This document shows positions 56,101 to 64,000 of a stretch of DNA of 64,000 nt, in pieces; position 1 is the first letter of the stretch, and each line of letters opens with the position of its first letter. The translations under genes and the position numbers were made by a program. This DNA is from a virus. Lineage: Duplodnaviria > Heunggongvirae > Uroviricota > Caudoviricetes. The DNA is taken from positions 85,427-149,426 of the IMG/VR virus record IMGVR_UViG_3300013121_000012. One strand, 5' to 3'. Below the pieces are notes generated by a model. It ran no database searches. It was not told the origin of the DNA and worked only from the letters and a program-made list of their open reading frames with translations.

Positions 56101-57567
56101 GAAACAATCATTGACAATATTGCTCAGGTTTGGAAATACACAGGATTAGTCAATACCGTCAAGTATATAAAAGGTTACTTGAAACTTTTTCAGAGACCTG
56201 AACTTGGTTTAACTGAATCTCTTTTTGAATTTAAAACTGCAAGATATGAACATCTTTGTGATAAAGATGGAAATCTTTTAGATTGGTTAGATGCTCAAAG
56301 CGCTGGTGGAAGTTCTACAGTCGGTTCTAAATTTGACGCGTCAGACGCTAATCACGCTCCTATCCCACCTCTCGATAGCGATCCCGATTTGAATGGATAT
56401 GATTCATTACTTTCTGCCGATTATTTAGGAGGAAATTTCATTAACGATTTCTCCGTTATTCCTTTTTCTCTTAACGCGATAAGCAATCTCGCATCTATTG
56501 GAATTAATACTGTGACGATGAGAAAAATCGCGGTACAAATACTTAGTGAAGCGGATCAAGGTTATCCTTATCAAGAAGGAATAGCAGCGTCCTTCTTTGA
56601 ATATCCAGAATTTTCATTTCAATCCGGAGACATTGTGTACGACGGGCCTGCAACTCTTGGCATCCTGGGAGCTGAATTGGAGCTACCTGGTGACATGACA
56701 GGAACTAATCCGTTGAATAATAACACTACATCTAGCCTATTTATTGGTGATCTTGTATCTGTTTATGAAGGCAGTGGTAAATATCAAACCGCTACAATAC
56801 AAGCGATTTCTTACGATTCGATAAACAATAAAACTGTTATTCAGCTTAGTGGACTTACTAAAAAGATCGGTAACGTCGAAAGCAACCCTGGAAATTCTAA
56901 ACTTAAGTTCTTCAAGAATATTCCTACACAAATCGGCTTAGAGAATTTCATTTCTGTTGCAGTAATGCAAAGTCAACTGAATGCTCAAGCTGGAACTTAT
57001 AGAACGGTTGAGGTTAGTTTTCCAACGAGTGGTGTTGGAGCAGCAATTCTTGACACAAGAAAATACTACTTCTTAAAATTACGCGCATACGACGAAGTTC
57101 TTAATGATCCGATTGATGCACCACCACGTCTTCGTGTAGTTAACCCTGTAGCTAATATTTCTATCACAAACAGAAGCGCGTTTTATACTCTCTCTTATGT
57201 CCAACCTCCTGGTACCTATCCAACTAAGATTCAATTGTTTGATGACTTTGAGGATCTGACTGTTGCAAGTAGCGACCGTCTGGCGGAAACAGGATTAGAT
57301 GATTACTTCATTTCTTCTAAAGCTCTTGATGATTCAAGTTTACGAGAAATTGATACTAGTGATATGAGTGATAACCAGTGTTTCTTTGACGTGCACACTG
57401 GCAGAGTATTATTTAAACCTGGTTTTCAACCGCTTAACGTATATTCTGATTACTATGCATTGAATGTCATCAATGGAAATATCACTGCTGATGACATCAA
57501 AATAATTAATATTCCTGGAGTCGATGAAGTTACGTTGGCAGATAAACTAATCGCAGGAAATATTTAA
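53134..57567 (+). CDS. Large fibre / receptor-binding protein with beta-propeller-like repeats
   Basis: 1477 aa; recurring blade-like motifs NEIYVA, HLFVA, NVYVA, FIYLG, NEIFVA, NLYVV. Confidence 0.65.
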   Translation: MANLRTKYRNHNNQLVNLDLSVGAENPIKDVSGAFGNDATELRIIPYNEYARTQDMLNLVADLIANDVALNAQTSSSIFLLSEGVFTSGNKFEKTELDEYRFISKGGIVKAGDGVYTVTEEKELSLIKNLAHPNYNADAIHLDDIALNNYYRMDYLLFNFNPSASLEYVEGVETSYIPPVATQLDRNKSNINGSSAYVLYSILLHKKNFYVDIVKTDSLTTFKNVFEEDTIQDVFLYNNEIYVARIDVNSKLKLYKYNTSGISIGNGSMPLADTHEFANAKMIVDADGVWIQAQWLNSTSGFGRVIIKFTLALAYDGHKDEDDADVALGIPTATGFLLSQSARAKTIVSNTTHLFVATKAIDAGLKDRIGVEKIAKSNWTAGSYTNATPPVYVLINDFATDLVDNFAFFEGDTTAGQKYGYLITSEDISNVVFFRKIKLSDLSFTSGPNKTIAIADPISFKNFVGTYYESGTTKELRYAFVYKTIGFAKRRIAIGKIGIDFPAPVTNPDVVTVDTVDFTGSEMLQPSIVANSGASIVSSLTENTLNTNNISQDLSNTPDPVSTHVAALVGTVKGVSFQYDQETNNGYFTYAREDAPTNEIVVKRINNGTNLVDTTKLVTLAGTVQFSYPKVSVNSSNVYVAFSVIDYQITSISIGTGVISATSNPGSSSVVILKLDKNLNIVEYKVLYYATKAFDNIAFKVDERFIVVAASNSLIPEILSTKLRLDLAFAPLSTFTITPGAIITDTMQIEFNRDFIYLGYLEGTTSKLVRFNIILASILSNISLSDPTSFLESIASYGNEIFVAAMDTSNNSMLFRFPQTLSTESQKAVVQTTMERTSMFIKNRFIYIQSINATAPNQVFNKYDLSFNKQQEIITVPVVDASFSTADFNFRGNSTRVQVVGRSLANVVGFADSFNVLNKSKVTYLFKPETTGGVFFTKEIAPYGKTYEQKFPFIVSDADNLYVVVRDYNYSEGNKSELIYKYSFEKRGYETIIDNIAQVWKYTGLVNTVKYIKGYLKLFQRPELGLTESLFEFKTARYEHLCDKDGNLLDWLDAQSAGGSSTVGSKFDASDANHAPIPPLDSDPDLNGYDSLLSADYLGGNFINDFSVIPFSLNAISNLASIGINTVTMRKIAVQILSEADQGYPYQEGIAASFFEYPEFSFQSGDIVYDGPATLGILGAELELPGDMTGTNPLNNNTTSSLFIGDLVSVYEGSGKYQTATIQAISYDSINNKTVIQLSGLTKKIGNVESNPGNSKLKFFKNIPTQIGLENFISVAVMQSQLNAQAGTYRTVEVSFPTSGVGAAILDTRKYYFLKLRAYDEVLNDPIDAPPRLRVVNPVANISITNRSAFYTLSYVQPPGTYPTKIQLFDDFEDLTVASSDRLAETGLDDYFISSKALDDSSLREIDTSDMSDNQCFFDVHTGRVLFKPGFQPLNVYSDYYALNVINGNITADDIKIINIPGVDEVTLADKLIAGNI

Positions 57568-57569
57568 TT

Positions 57570-58337
57570 GTGCAAATCAGAAAACAGAATATCAAAATTT
57601 CTATTAAGAACTCTGTTGCTGAGGGGTTAGGTCTTAAGTTAGGCGAAATTGGAACTGATGGACAGAATCTTTTTATTGGTACAAACAATAAAAACGTTTC
57701 TCTTACAGCTCCGATTGGTTCTATAGTCGCTTGGCATCCTGCTGGGTTTACATCATCTAATAATACTGGTTTCACTAGTCTTGAGAATCTTATAGATCTT
57801 CCTAATGGTTTTGTTGAAGCCGATGGACGTCTCATTGAAGACGAAGACAGTCCATTTAATGGATATTATGTTTGCGATCTTACATCGAATATTTTTTTAA
57901 TGGGAACGAACGAATCCGGCTTATCTCTTTTAGGTCAAGATTTTTCATTCGGTGGAGTTAATCATATTGGGCCACCTGCTGTAAGCGGCAACAATGGAAA
58001 TAATACAATGACAATTTCCGCGAATCATTTGCCACCTCATACTCATCCTCCTGGAACACTTAATGTTCCTGGAAAATCTACATCAAGTAATGGGGCTCAC
58101 TCTCACACTAGCCCATATCCAAACTTTGTTGGTGCAAATGTCGGTGGTGGCGGAATACCAATGGAACATCTTGGAGCACAAAGTTTTGGTTCTGGTGCCG
58201 CTGGTGCTCATGCTCATTCATTTACAATATCTTCTGGACAATTTTCGGGATCATTCGATAATGGCGGATTCTCGAATGACATCATCGCAATCATTCCTAA
58301 ATATCTGTTGGTTAAATATATTATACGAGTAAAATAA
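57570..58337 (+). CDS. Tail-collar / short fibre paralog 1
   Basis: PIGSIVAWH, GFVEADG, HLPPHTH plus two more HxH motifs, PKYL.VKYIIRVK. Confidence 0.8.
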   Translation: MQIRKQNIKISIKNSVAEGLGLKLGEIGTDGQNLFIGTNNKNVSLTAPIGSIVAWHPAGFTSSNNTGFTSLENLIDLPNGFVEADGRLIEDEDSPFNGYYVCDLTSNIFLMGTNESGLSLLGQDFSFGGVNHIGPPAVSGNNGNNTMTISANHLPPHTHPPGTLNVPGKSTSSNGAHSHTSPYPNFVGANVGGGGIPMEHLGAQSFGSGAAGAHAHSFTISSGQFSGSFDNGGFSNDIIAIIPKYLLVKYIIRVK

Positions 58338-59107
58338 TGCCAGTACTCAGAAAACAAAATATCAAAATAGCAACAACAGATTCGTTAGTATCTCTTGACC
58401 TTAAGTTAGGTGAAATTGGAACTGATGGTCAGAATATTTTTATTGGAAAAATAAAAGGGAATGTATCTCTGACATTTCCTGTTGGCGTCATTATGTCGTG
58501 GCATCCTGGTTCATTCTCTTCTTCGGGGAATTCAGGTTATGCTAGTCTTGAATCATTGATTTCACTTCCTAATGGGTTCGTTGAAGCAGATGGAAGATTT
58601 ATCGAGGACGAAGACAGCCCATTCAATGGATACTATGTTCCTAATTTAACATCTGATATATTCTTGATGGGATCTAGCGGAACTTTAGTTTCTCTGTTGG
58701 GACAAGATTATGTTTTTGGTGGTGCTAATCATATTGGGCCACCGGCCGCAAATGGAAACGGCGGTAATAACTCAGTAACCGTCACGACAAATTTTTTACC
58801 GCCTCATGTTCATGGCGTTGGAACACTAAACGTTCCTTCAAAAGCAGCGTCGACAGTAGGAGCTCATAGCCACTCGTATAATTATCCGTCTTTTAACGTG
58901 CACGCAAACCCAGGAAACGGATCAAATCCAATACAACATCTGGGTGGAGCAGCGACAAATACAAGTGCAGCGGGTGCACACAATCATACATTATCATTAA
59001 GTCCATCCGATTTTGCTGGAGCAACTGGAGATGGCGGATTTGCAGGAAATTCAATCTCAGTTATTCCAAGATATTTGTCTGTAAAATATATCATACGAGT
59101 AAAATAA
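58337..59107 (+). CDS. Tail-collar / short fibre paralog 2
   Basis: Same architecture as paralog 1. Confidence 0.8.
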   Translation: MPVLRKQNIKIATTDSLVSLDLKLGEIGTDGQNIFIGKIKGNVSLTFPVGVIMSWHPGSFSSSGNSGYASLESLISLPNGFVEADGRFIEDEDSPFNGYYVPNLTSDIFLMGSSGTLVSLLGQDYVFGGANHIGPPAANGNGGNNSVTVTTNFLPPHVHGVGTLNVPSKAASTVGAHSHSYNYPSFNVHANPGNGSNPIQHLGGAATNTSAAGAHNHTLSLSPSDFAGATGDGGFAGNSISVIPRYLSVKYIIRVK

Positions 59108-59841
59108 TGCCGGTTCCGCTTAGAAAAAAGAACATAGCGATTGCTACAAAGAAATCCACTGCAAATGGATTGGACCTCAAATTCGGAGAAATTGGAACCG
59201 ATGGCCAAAATATTTTTATTGGTAATTCAACTCTTAAGAAGCGATTAACTAACTTAATGCCATTAGGAGTTATCGTTGCTTGGCATCCAATAGGTTTTAC
59301 GAGCACAGGAAATGTTGGATTAGTTAATCTTTCTACATCTATTAATTTACCATATGGTTTTGTTGAAGCTGATGGACGTCTCATTGAAGATGAAGATAGT
59401 CCATTTAATGGAACTTACGTTCCAAATTTGACATCCAATATTTTCTTGAAAGGTGGAAATCTAGGAGATTCTGGTCCTGGAGTTGTTAACGGAAATAATG
59501 GCGACAATTCAATAACTATTGCTACGAATCATTTACCACCTCACACTCATGGAGTAGGAAGTTTGAGCGTTGCGTCTGTTACTTCTACTTCTGTTGGAAA
59601 CCATACGCATAGTTCTTTAATACCGCAATTTAATATTAAAGCAGCATTCGCCGGTCCATACCCTTTCATAAGATCCAATTTTTCTCCATCAGCAACATCT
59701 GTTGTAGGAGATCACACTCACACTTTTTCTCTTTCTTCTGCGAATTTTGCAGGAGCAACGGGAGATGGTGGGTTCGCAAACGATCCGGTGTTAATCTTAC
59801 CAAAATACCTATCCGTCAAATTCATTATCAAAATAAAATAG
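59107..59841 (+). CDS. Tail-collar / short fibre paralog 3
   Basis: Same architecture; lacks the LLGQD..HIGPP insert. Confidence 0.8.
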   Translation: MPVPLRKKNIAIATKKSTANGLDLKFGEIGTDGQNIFIGNSTLKKRLTNLMPLGVIVAWHPIGFTSTGNVGLVNLSTSINLPYGFVEADGRLIEDEDSPFNGTYVPNLTSNIFLKGGNLGDSGPGVVNGNNGDNSITIATNHLPPHTHGVGSLSVASVTSTSVGNHTHSSLIPQFNIKAAFAGPYPFIRSNFSPSATSVVGDHTHTFSLSSANFAGATGDGGFANDPVLILPKYLSVKFIIKIK

Positions 59842-59860
59842 CTGACGAATATAATAATCT

Positions 59861-60121
59861 ATGACATATGAAGTAAAGTACAAAAGAAGAGGTCAATGGT
59901 TCTATAGAACTATTAACAAAGTTAAAGGTGACGGTTTAATTTTCGATAATGGCGGAGTTGCATATATGCGATTCTTCGTTACTGAAGATGAAGTCCGTTA
60001 TGAAGTTCCGACGGATGCCGTGTTTATCTTTTCTAAGGGAAGATTTTTCTCAATACTAGAAAATACAAAAAAAGAATCTGGGCAAGATCTTAATCCAGAA
60101 ACAAAAGCTAGACGTAAATAA
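59861..60121 (+). CDS. Hypothetical protein
   Basis: 86 aa. Confidence 0.65.
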   Translation: MTYEVKYKRRGQWFYRTINKVKGDGLIFDNGGVAYMRFFVTEDEVRYEVPTDAVFIFSKGRFFSILENTKKESGQDLNPETKARRK

Positions 60122-61140
60122 TGGCTCTTGCTGTTCCTGCATTGATTTCTCTTATTGATGCTACGTCGACAGCTACGACTATTAATAATGGTTTAGGAAA
60201 AATCATTAGTGCTCGCCAGAAACCTCCTGCGCTTCTGGCTGCACAAGATCCTTCCATGCAATGGAAAGTCTGGCAAGAAATCGCAGACTCTATATTCGAA
60301 AAATTGTTTCCTGCTCTTCTTACATCTCTGTCAAAGACTGCTACGTACTATCTTAGTGGTCAAGTTAAAAAACTCAATGCAATAACTACAACATCAATTC
60401 CTCCTCTAGTTCCGGCGTTTGCATATCCTGAATTGATCGGAGCTCTTACCGTTATCAATCAAAGTGGGTTATACAATGCTATGAGTGCATCAGGTACATT
60501 ATCTAATGCATCGAGTGGTATTGGAAAACAATTGGCAGCAAGAGTAAAATTAGAAGCTCTTCCTGCCGCACAAAATCCTGAATTAGCGTGGAAAGTCTGG
60601 CAAGGTGTCGGAGAAATTATGACTCAGCGAATGCTTCAGGCTTTGACATCCGTTGCGATCGCTAATATGATGACATATATTATGACTGCTGTTCCGACAG
60701 GAACAACCGTTATATCTGGAGCAGCGGGAGTTGTTGGATCATTCGCTTGGGCTTCTACGAACCCATTTAGCACCGCGTTTACTGGAACTCTCGTAGATTT
60801 TATTATGTCGGTAGATGATGCAGCAGTCTATTCCAGTGTTACAAATGGAATTGGAAAAATTATTCAGCCAGCAGTTAAAGCCGCTGGTCTTCTCGCTGCT
60901 CAAGATCCTTCATTATCATGGAAAGTCTGGCAAGAGTTTGTCGACAAATACATTCCAATTTTTATCACTCAATATGTGAACTTCTTTTCACAAGAAGCGA
61001 TAGATGCAATTACTACATCGAAACCTACTCTTGCTTTTACGCCTGCAGTTGTTCCAGGAGTTTGGTCAACAGTTCCATCACCGTCTGCTTTAGCATTGAC
61101 ATTCAATGTTGCTGCGGGATATATTGGAAAAGTTGTTTAG
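60121..61140 (+). CDS. Putative virion protein with three about 110-aa AAQxP..WKVWQ repeats
   Basis: TGGAAAGTCTGGCAAG at 60262, 60589 and 60919. Confidence 0.7.
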   Translation: MALAVPALISLIDATSTATTINNGLGKIISARQKPPALLAAQDPSMQWKVWQEIADSIFEKLFPALLTSLSKTATYYLSGQVKKLNAITTTSIPPLVPAFAYPELIGALTVINQSGLYNAMSASGTLSNASSGIGKQLAARVKLEALPAAQNPELAWKVWQGVGEIMTQRMLQALTSVAIANMMTYIMTAVPTGTTVISGAAGVVGSFAWASTNPFSTAFTGTLVDFIMSVDDAAVYSSVTNGIGKIIQPAVKAAGLLAAQDPSLSWKVWQEFVDKYIPIFITQYVNFFSQEAIDAITTSKPTLAFTPAVVPGVWSTVPSPSALALTFNVAAGYIGKVV

Positions 61141-61577
61141 TCTTGCACTCCTGATGAAATCATATTTGAAATGAACGGAAGAGCTACGATGAAATTTAAC
61201 ATATCGTCACCACTCTTATGAGTACCCGTAGAATTCTGTAATTGTTTTGATTCGCTAGTTTTTGATGATGTTGGGCGATAAGCTTTCGCTCTTCCAAATT
61301 CAGCTATCTTTTTGAACAGCTTCATAACTTGATCTTCGTTACCATACATATCGGCAATAATTCCCATTCCGCCGTCTAGTTTTTTAATCAAGTCTTTGAA
61401 TGTCTTTATGTCTTTTGCTTCGAGTACTTGCATGAAATACTTTTTCTGCATTTTTGGATTTCCGGTCCATGCAGACTTGATGGCACCAGTAATATCTTTG
61501 ACAATCGCCTTCATCTCCTCTTTGGAGATTTTATAGCGATTCTTAAGTGCGGCGTCCTTAAGATTTTTCTTTATCAT
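61137..61577 (-). CDS. Lys-rich hypothetical protein
   Basis: Start moved to ATG 61577, just after the upstream minus-strand stop. Confidence 0.6.
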   Translation of the reverse strand: MIKKNLKDAALKNRYKISKEEMKAIVKDITGAIKSAWTGNPKMQKKYFMQVLEAKDIKTFKDLIKKLDGGMGIIADMYGNEDQVMKLFKKIAEFGRAKAYRPTSSKTSESKQLQNSTGTHKSGDDMLNFIVALPFISNMISSGVQD

Positions 61578-61578
61578 C

Positions 61579-62697
61579 TTATTTCCAAATGCGAGGGAAC
61601 CAACCGCTCGCATACAATTCTACTTTCTGAGCTTTCAATCCGTTGAATACAACTTGATCTTCGATGATCTGAGTTACGTTTGCTTTTGTCAAACCTGATA
61701 CTGCGAAACCTACTGTATCTGGGGCATTTGTTCCGCTTCCGTTTCCGCCGACAATTAAGTATTCATTTCCATTAAGAGTGTATTGACGTCCAGTTGCTCC
61801 GAAGAATACGAATGCATCAGTTGTTTGTTTACCTACAAAGTCCGCTGTTCGTGTCCAAATATCACCAGCTACAACAGCTTGAATAAGTGTCCAATTTCCG
61901 TTTGTGTGATCTGTGTTAAATGCTCCGGATGTGTGAGCGATTGCGCACTTCCAAACTGAGTTATTATAAACTACATAATCTCCAATGAGATATGGAGTTG
62001 CTGTTACCCAATCGGCAACTGCTACAAATTTTCCACCAGTTTGTTCTGTCGCGAAGTCAGCGGCTGTAAAACCACCTTGACCAATCGGAACGATATATTT
62101 AATTGCTGTTTGAATTACTACGTCTTCATCTGCGTACGCGCGTCCGATACGATAGTCATCACCAAGTGTGAGGACTTTATAGATACCATTCATCTTTGAA
62201 TCCGTTTCAGTATTCAAAAGAATTCTGTCATTGAGATCAGTTGGCGATACTCCACCAGGAACTACGATTGGTGCTCCTGTGATTGTGTTAAGAGCAGCAT
62301 TGTAAACTACTCCGCCACCAATTACTGCAGCATTTGATACATGCTGTAAATCATCAAGTAAACGAACACCGTTCGTAAGTGTTTCTGCACTTGCTTTAAG
62401 CGCATCAAACTCTGCTTCTGTTTTGTTGTGATAATCTGAATAGATAACGAATTCAGGATAGTCTTCGCGAACTTCGATATTTACAAATTCACCTTTAGTG
62501 AATTTCATTTTCTTTGAGCTTGAAAGGAACAAACGATTAGGCATCGAGCGCACGTCCATTGCTACGTACCCTTTAATGTTCGGTGATAGCACTGTGTTCA
62601 CGAGGACGCTATCGATCTTACCTTGATCAAAAAATACTTCTGCTCCGTTTTCAATGTCTGTTATTAATTCTGCTATAGTAGCGTAGGTCTTCTTCAT
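61579..62697 (-). CDS. Virion protein with carbohydrate-binding module (CBM5/12-like)
   Basis: WVTATPYLIGDYVVYNNSVWKCAIAHTS..W; also a DRILL..NGIYKV..WTR.ADF fibre-type domain. Confidence 0.7.
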   Translation of the reverse strand: MKKTYATIAELITDIENGAEVFFDQGKIDSVLVNTVLSPNIKGYVAMDVRSMPNRLFLSSSKKMKFTKGEFVNIEVREDYPEFVIYSDYHNKTEAEFDALKASAETLTNGVRLLDDLQHVSNAAVIGGGVVYNAALNTITGAPIVVPGGVSPTDLNDRILLNTETDSKMNGIYKVLTLGDDYRIGRAYADEDVVIQTAIKYIVPIGQGGFTAADFATEQTGGKFVAVADWVTATPYLIGDYVVYNNSVWKCAIAHTSGAFNTDHTNGNWTLIQAVVAGDIWTRTADFVGKQTTDAFVFFGATGRQYTLNGNEYLIVGGNGSGTNAPDTVGFAVSGLTKANVTQIIEDQVVFNGLKAQKVELYASGWFPRIWK

Positions 62698-62900
62698 GTA
62701 CTATATTTTAGTGAGTTGACTTGTCAAGACAGATAAAAAATCAGTGTCTCTATTTTTATGCGACTGACGTCTCGTTTTCGTACATTAGAGATTGAGAGGG
62801 GGAGAAATACTGTTTATAGGATTATTTCTAAGGAATTAGGACTCCCGGAAATCTAGATTTTCATGTACCTTATGTCTTGAATGACATATAATAATGTACA

Positions 62901-63815
62901 TTGGCAAAGAAAGTTATCATACCTACGCTTGATCTTAAAATCATTGAACGCAATGTTGCGATACCAAAAATACGTTTTAGCGCGAGCAAACTAAAGACAA
63001 TCAAAGAATGCTATGGAAAGTACTTCTATAGAAACATAGCAGAAGTTAAAGTCGTAGAAAAAACTTGGCCTGCGACCGTATACGGGCTCGTGTGCCATAG
63101 TATTCTAGAAGATAGCTTACTTGAAAAACAAGCGGGCGCATCTGAAAAAGACGTATTCAAAAAATTCACAGCAGACGGAATCTTCGCTAAAAGATTCAAA
63201 GAGATAGTAGAATCTGAAAAATCAAAAGGGAAGATATTTGGTAAGCCAAGATACTATGATGAAGAGGAATTCTTGGCTGCAGGAGCAGAAGGCATTCGTA
63301 CATTCCTTAAGTTTGTTCTTGGTTATTTTAAGAACTATTCAAAGCTTTTACCAGAAGAAGAGCTTTCGGCTGACTGGGAATGGGATGTTGAAATCACACT
63401 TGGTGGAATCGCCGATTTACCAATCTTCTTTGAAGAAGCGATTTACAGAATTATTGACTTCAAAACGACACAGCATTCTGAGAATTTCTATTTCATCAAT
63501 TGGATGGAAGATATTCAAAGTCTTATGTATCTTTACATGAGCTATAAGAAGTTTGGAATATTCTCTCAAGGATTCGATTATCTCGTCTTCAATTGGAAAG
63601 AGAACAATATATTCCTCAACTCGGTTACTCATCCCATAGCTCCTCGTAATCAGCAAGAACTTGATAAGTTCTTTGACGGACTTCATAAAATATTAACATC
63701 AGCAAAGATCATGCACAGAAAACCAAAAAAGAGTTATTACTTCCCTGAAAAAGAGAAGTGTCACTGGTGCGAATTTGGAAATGGAATATGCGATCAAAGT
63801 CTAAAAGAACAATAA
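62901..63815 (+). CDS. PD-(D/E)xK (RecB/Cas4-like) exonuclease
   Basis: FSASKL..C, GIAD, IIDFKT, QSLMY, CHWCEF..C. Confidence 0.85.
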   Translation: MAKKVIIPTLDLKIIERNVAIPKIRFSASKLKTIKECYGKYFYRNIAEVKVVEKTWPATVYGLVCHSILEDSLLEKQAGASEKDVFKKFTADGIFAKRFKEIVESEKSKGKIFGKPRYYDEEEFLAAGAEGIRTFLKFVLGYFKNYSKLLPEEELSADWEWDVEITLGGIADLPIFFEEAIYRIIDFKTTQHSENFYFINWMEDIQSLMYLYMSYKKFGIFSQGFDYLVFNWKENNIFLNSVTHPIAPRNQQELDKFFDGLHKILTSAKIMHRKPKKSYYFPEKEKCHWCEFGNGICDQSLKEQ

Positions 63816-63867
63816 GTGATTTTTCAACAAATTGCGACAAAATTATGAAAAAACACAAATATAAAAT

Positions 63868-64000
63868 GTGGTCGTATACTTAGCTAAAAATAACGTCAAT
63901 GGAAAATGCTATGTTGGAAAAACAATTGATCTAAATCGCAGAAAAATCAAACATAAAAGTGATTCGTTAAATTACATTCAAAATGGAAAATTTGCAAGAG
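63868..64000 (+). mobile_element. GIY-YIG endonuclease, N-terminus only (runs off the window)
   Basis: VVVYLAKNNVNGKCYVGKTIDLNRR; GTG start after AATATA-N4. Confidence 0.8.

Noticed and set aside
57570-59841. Diversity-generating retroelement acting on the fibre tips
   Set aside because: No reverse transcriptase or template repeat in the window, and differences are not adenine-specific.
62901-63815. Cas4 as part of a CRISPR-Cas locus
   Set aside because: No repeat-spacer array or other cas genes in the window; stand-alone PD-(D/E)xK exonucleases are common in large phages.

Overview
64-kb segment of a large, AT-rich, T4-like (contractile-tail) phage genome. No CRISPR array, rRNA or host housekeeping context is visible. 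Layout: (1) 1-6.6 kb: eight tRNA or tRNA-like genes, several structurally atypical, mixed with Pth2-like, DenV-like, SGNH and class II aaRS-like genes. (2) 6.9-14.7 kb: HNH endonuclease, an NAD+ salvage operon (NAMPT to NMNAT-NUDIX, the NARP2 pair, with HAD-NUDIX, NDT-like and MazG-like genes between them) and a ribonucleotide reductase. (3) 14.8-28.3 kb: small accessory genes including a macrodomain, an AEP-like protein, a CCA-adding enzyme, an Apyc1-like MBL hydrolase and a resolvase-like nuclease. (4) 28.3-31.2 kb: putative capsid-internal proteins, two of them ADP-ribosyltransferase-like. (5) 33-61 kb: baseplate, tape-measure and fibre module interrupted by a FecR lipoprotein gene that hints at a Leptospira-like host. 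(6) A PD-(D/E)xK exonuclease and a truncated GIY-YIG gene at the right edge. The most notable signals are non-coding: a compact pseudoknot-capable RNA over the NAMPT ribosome-binding site resembling an NAD+-II/NMN riboswitch, a recurrent AATATA-N4-start-codon element implying leaderless late transcripts, a hairpin burying the tape-measure start codon, a tRNA-Sec-shaped tRNA with a Cys anticodon, and a hairpin-loop motif shared by two leaders. All family assignments are by-eye motif recognition; no database searches or folding programs were run.
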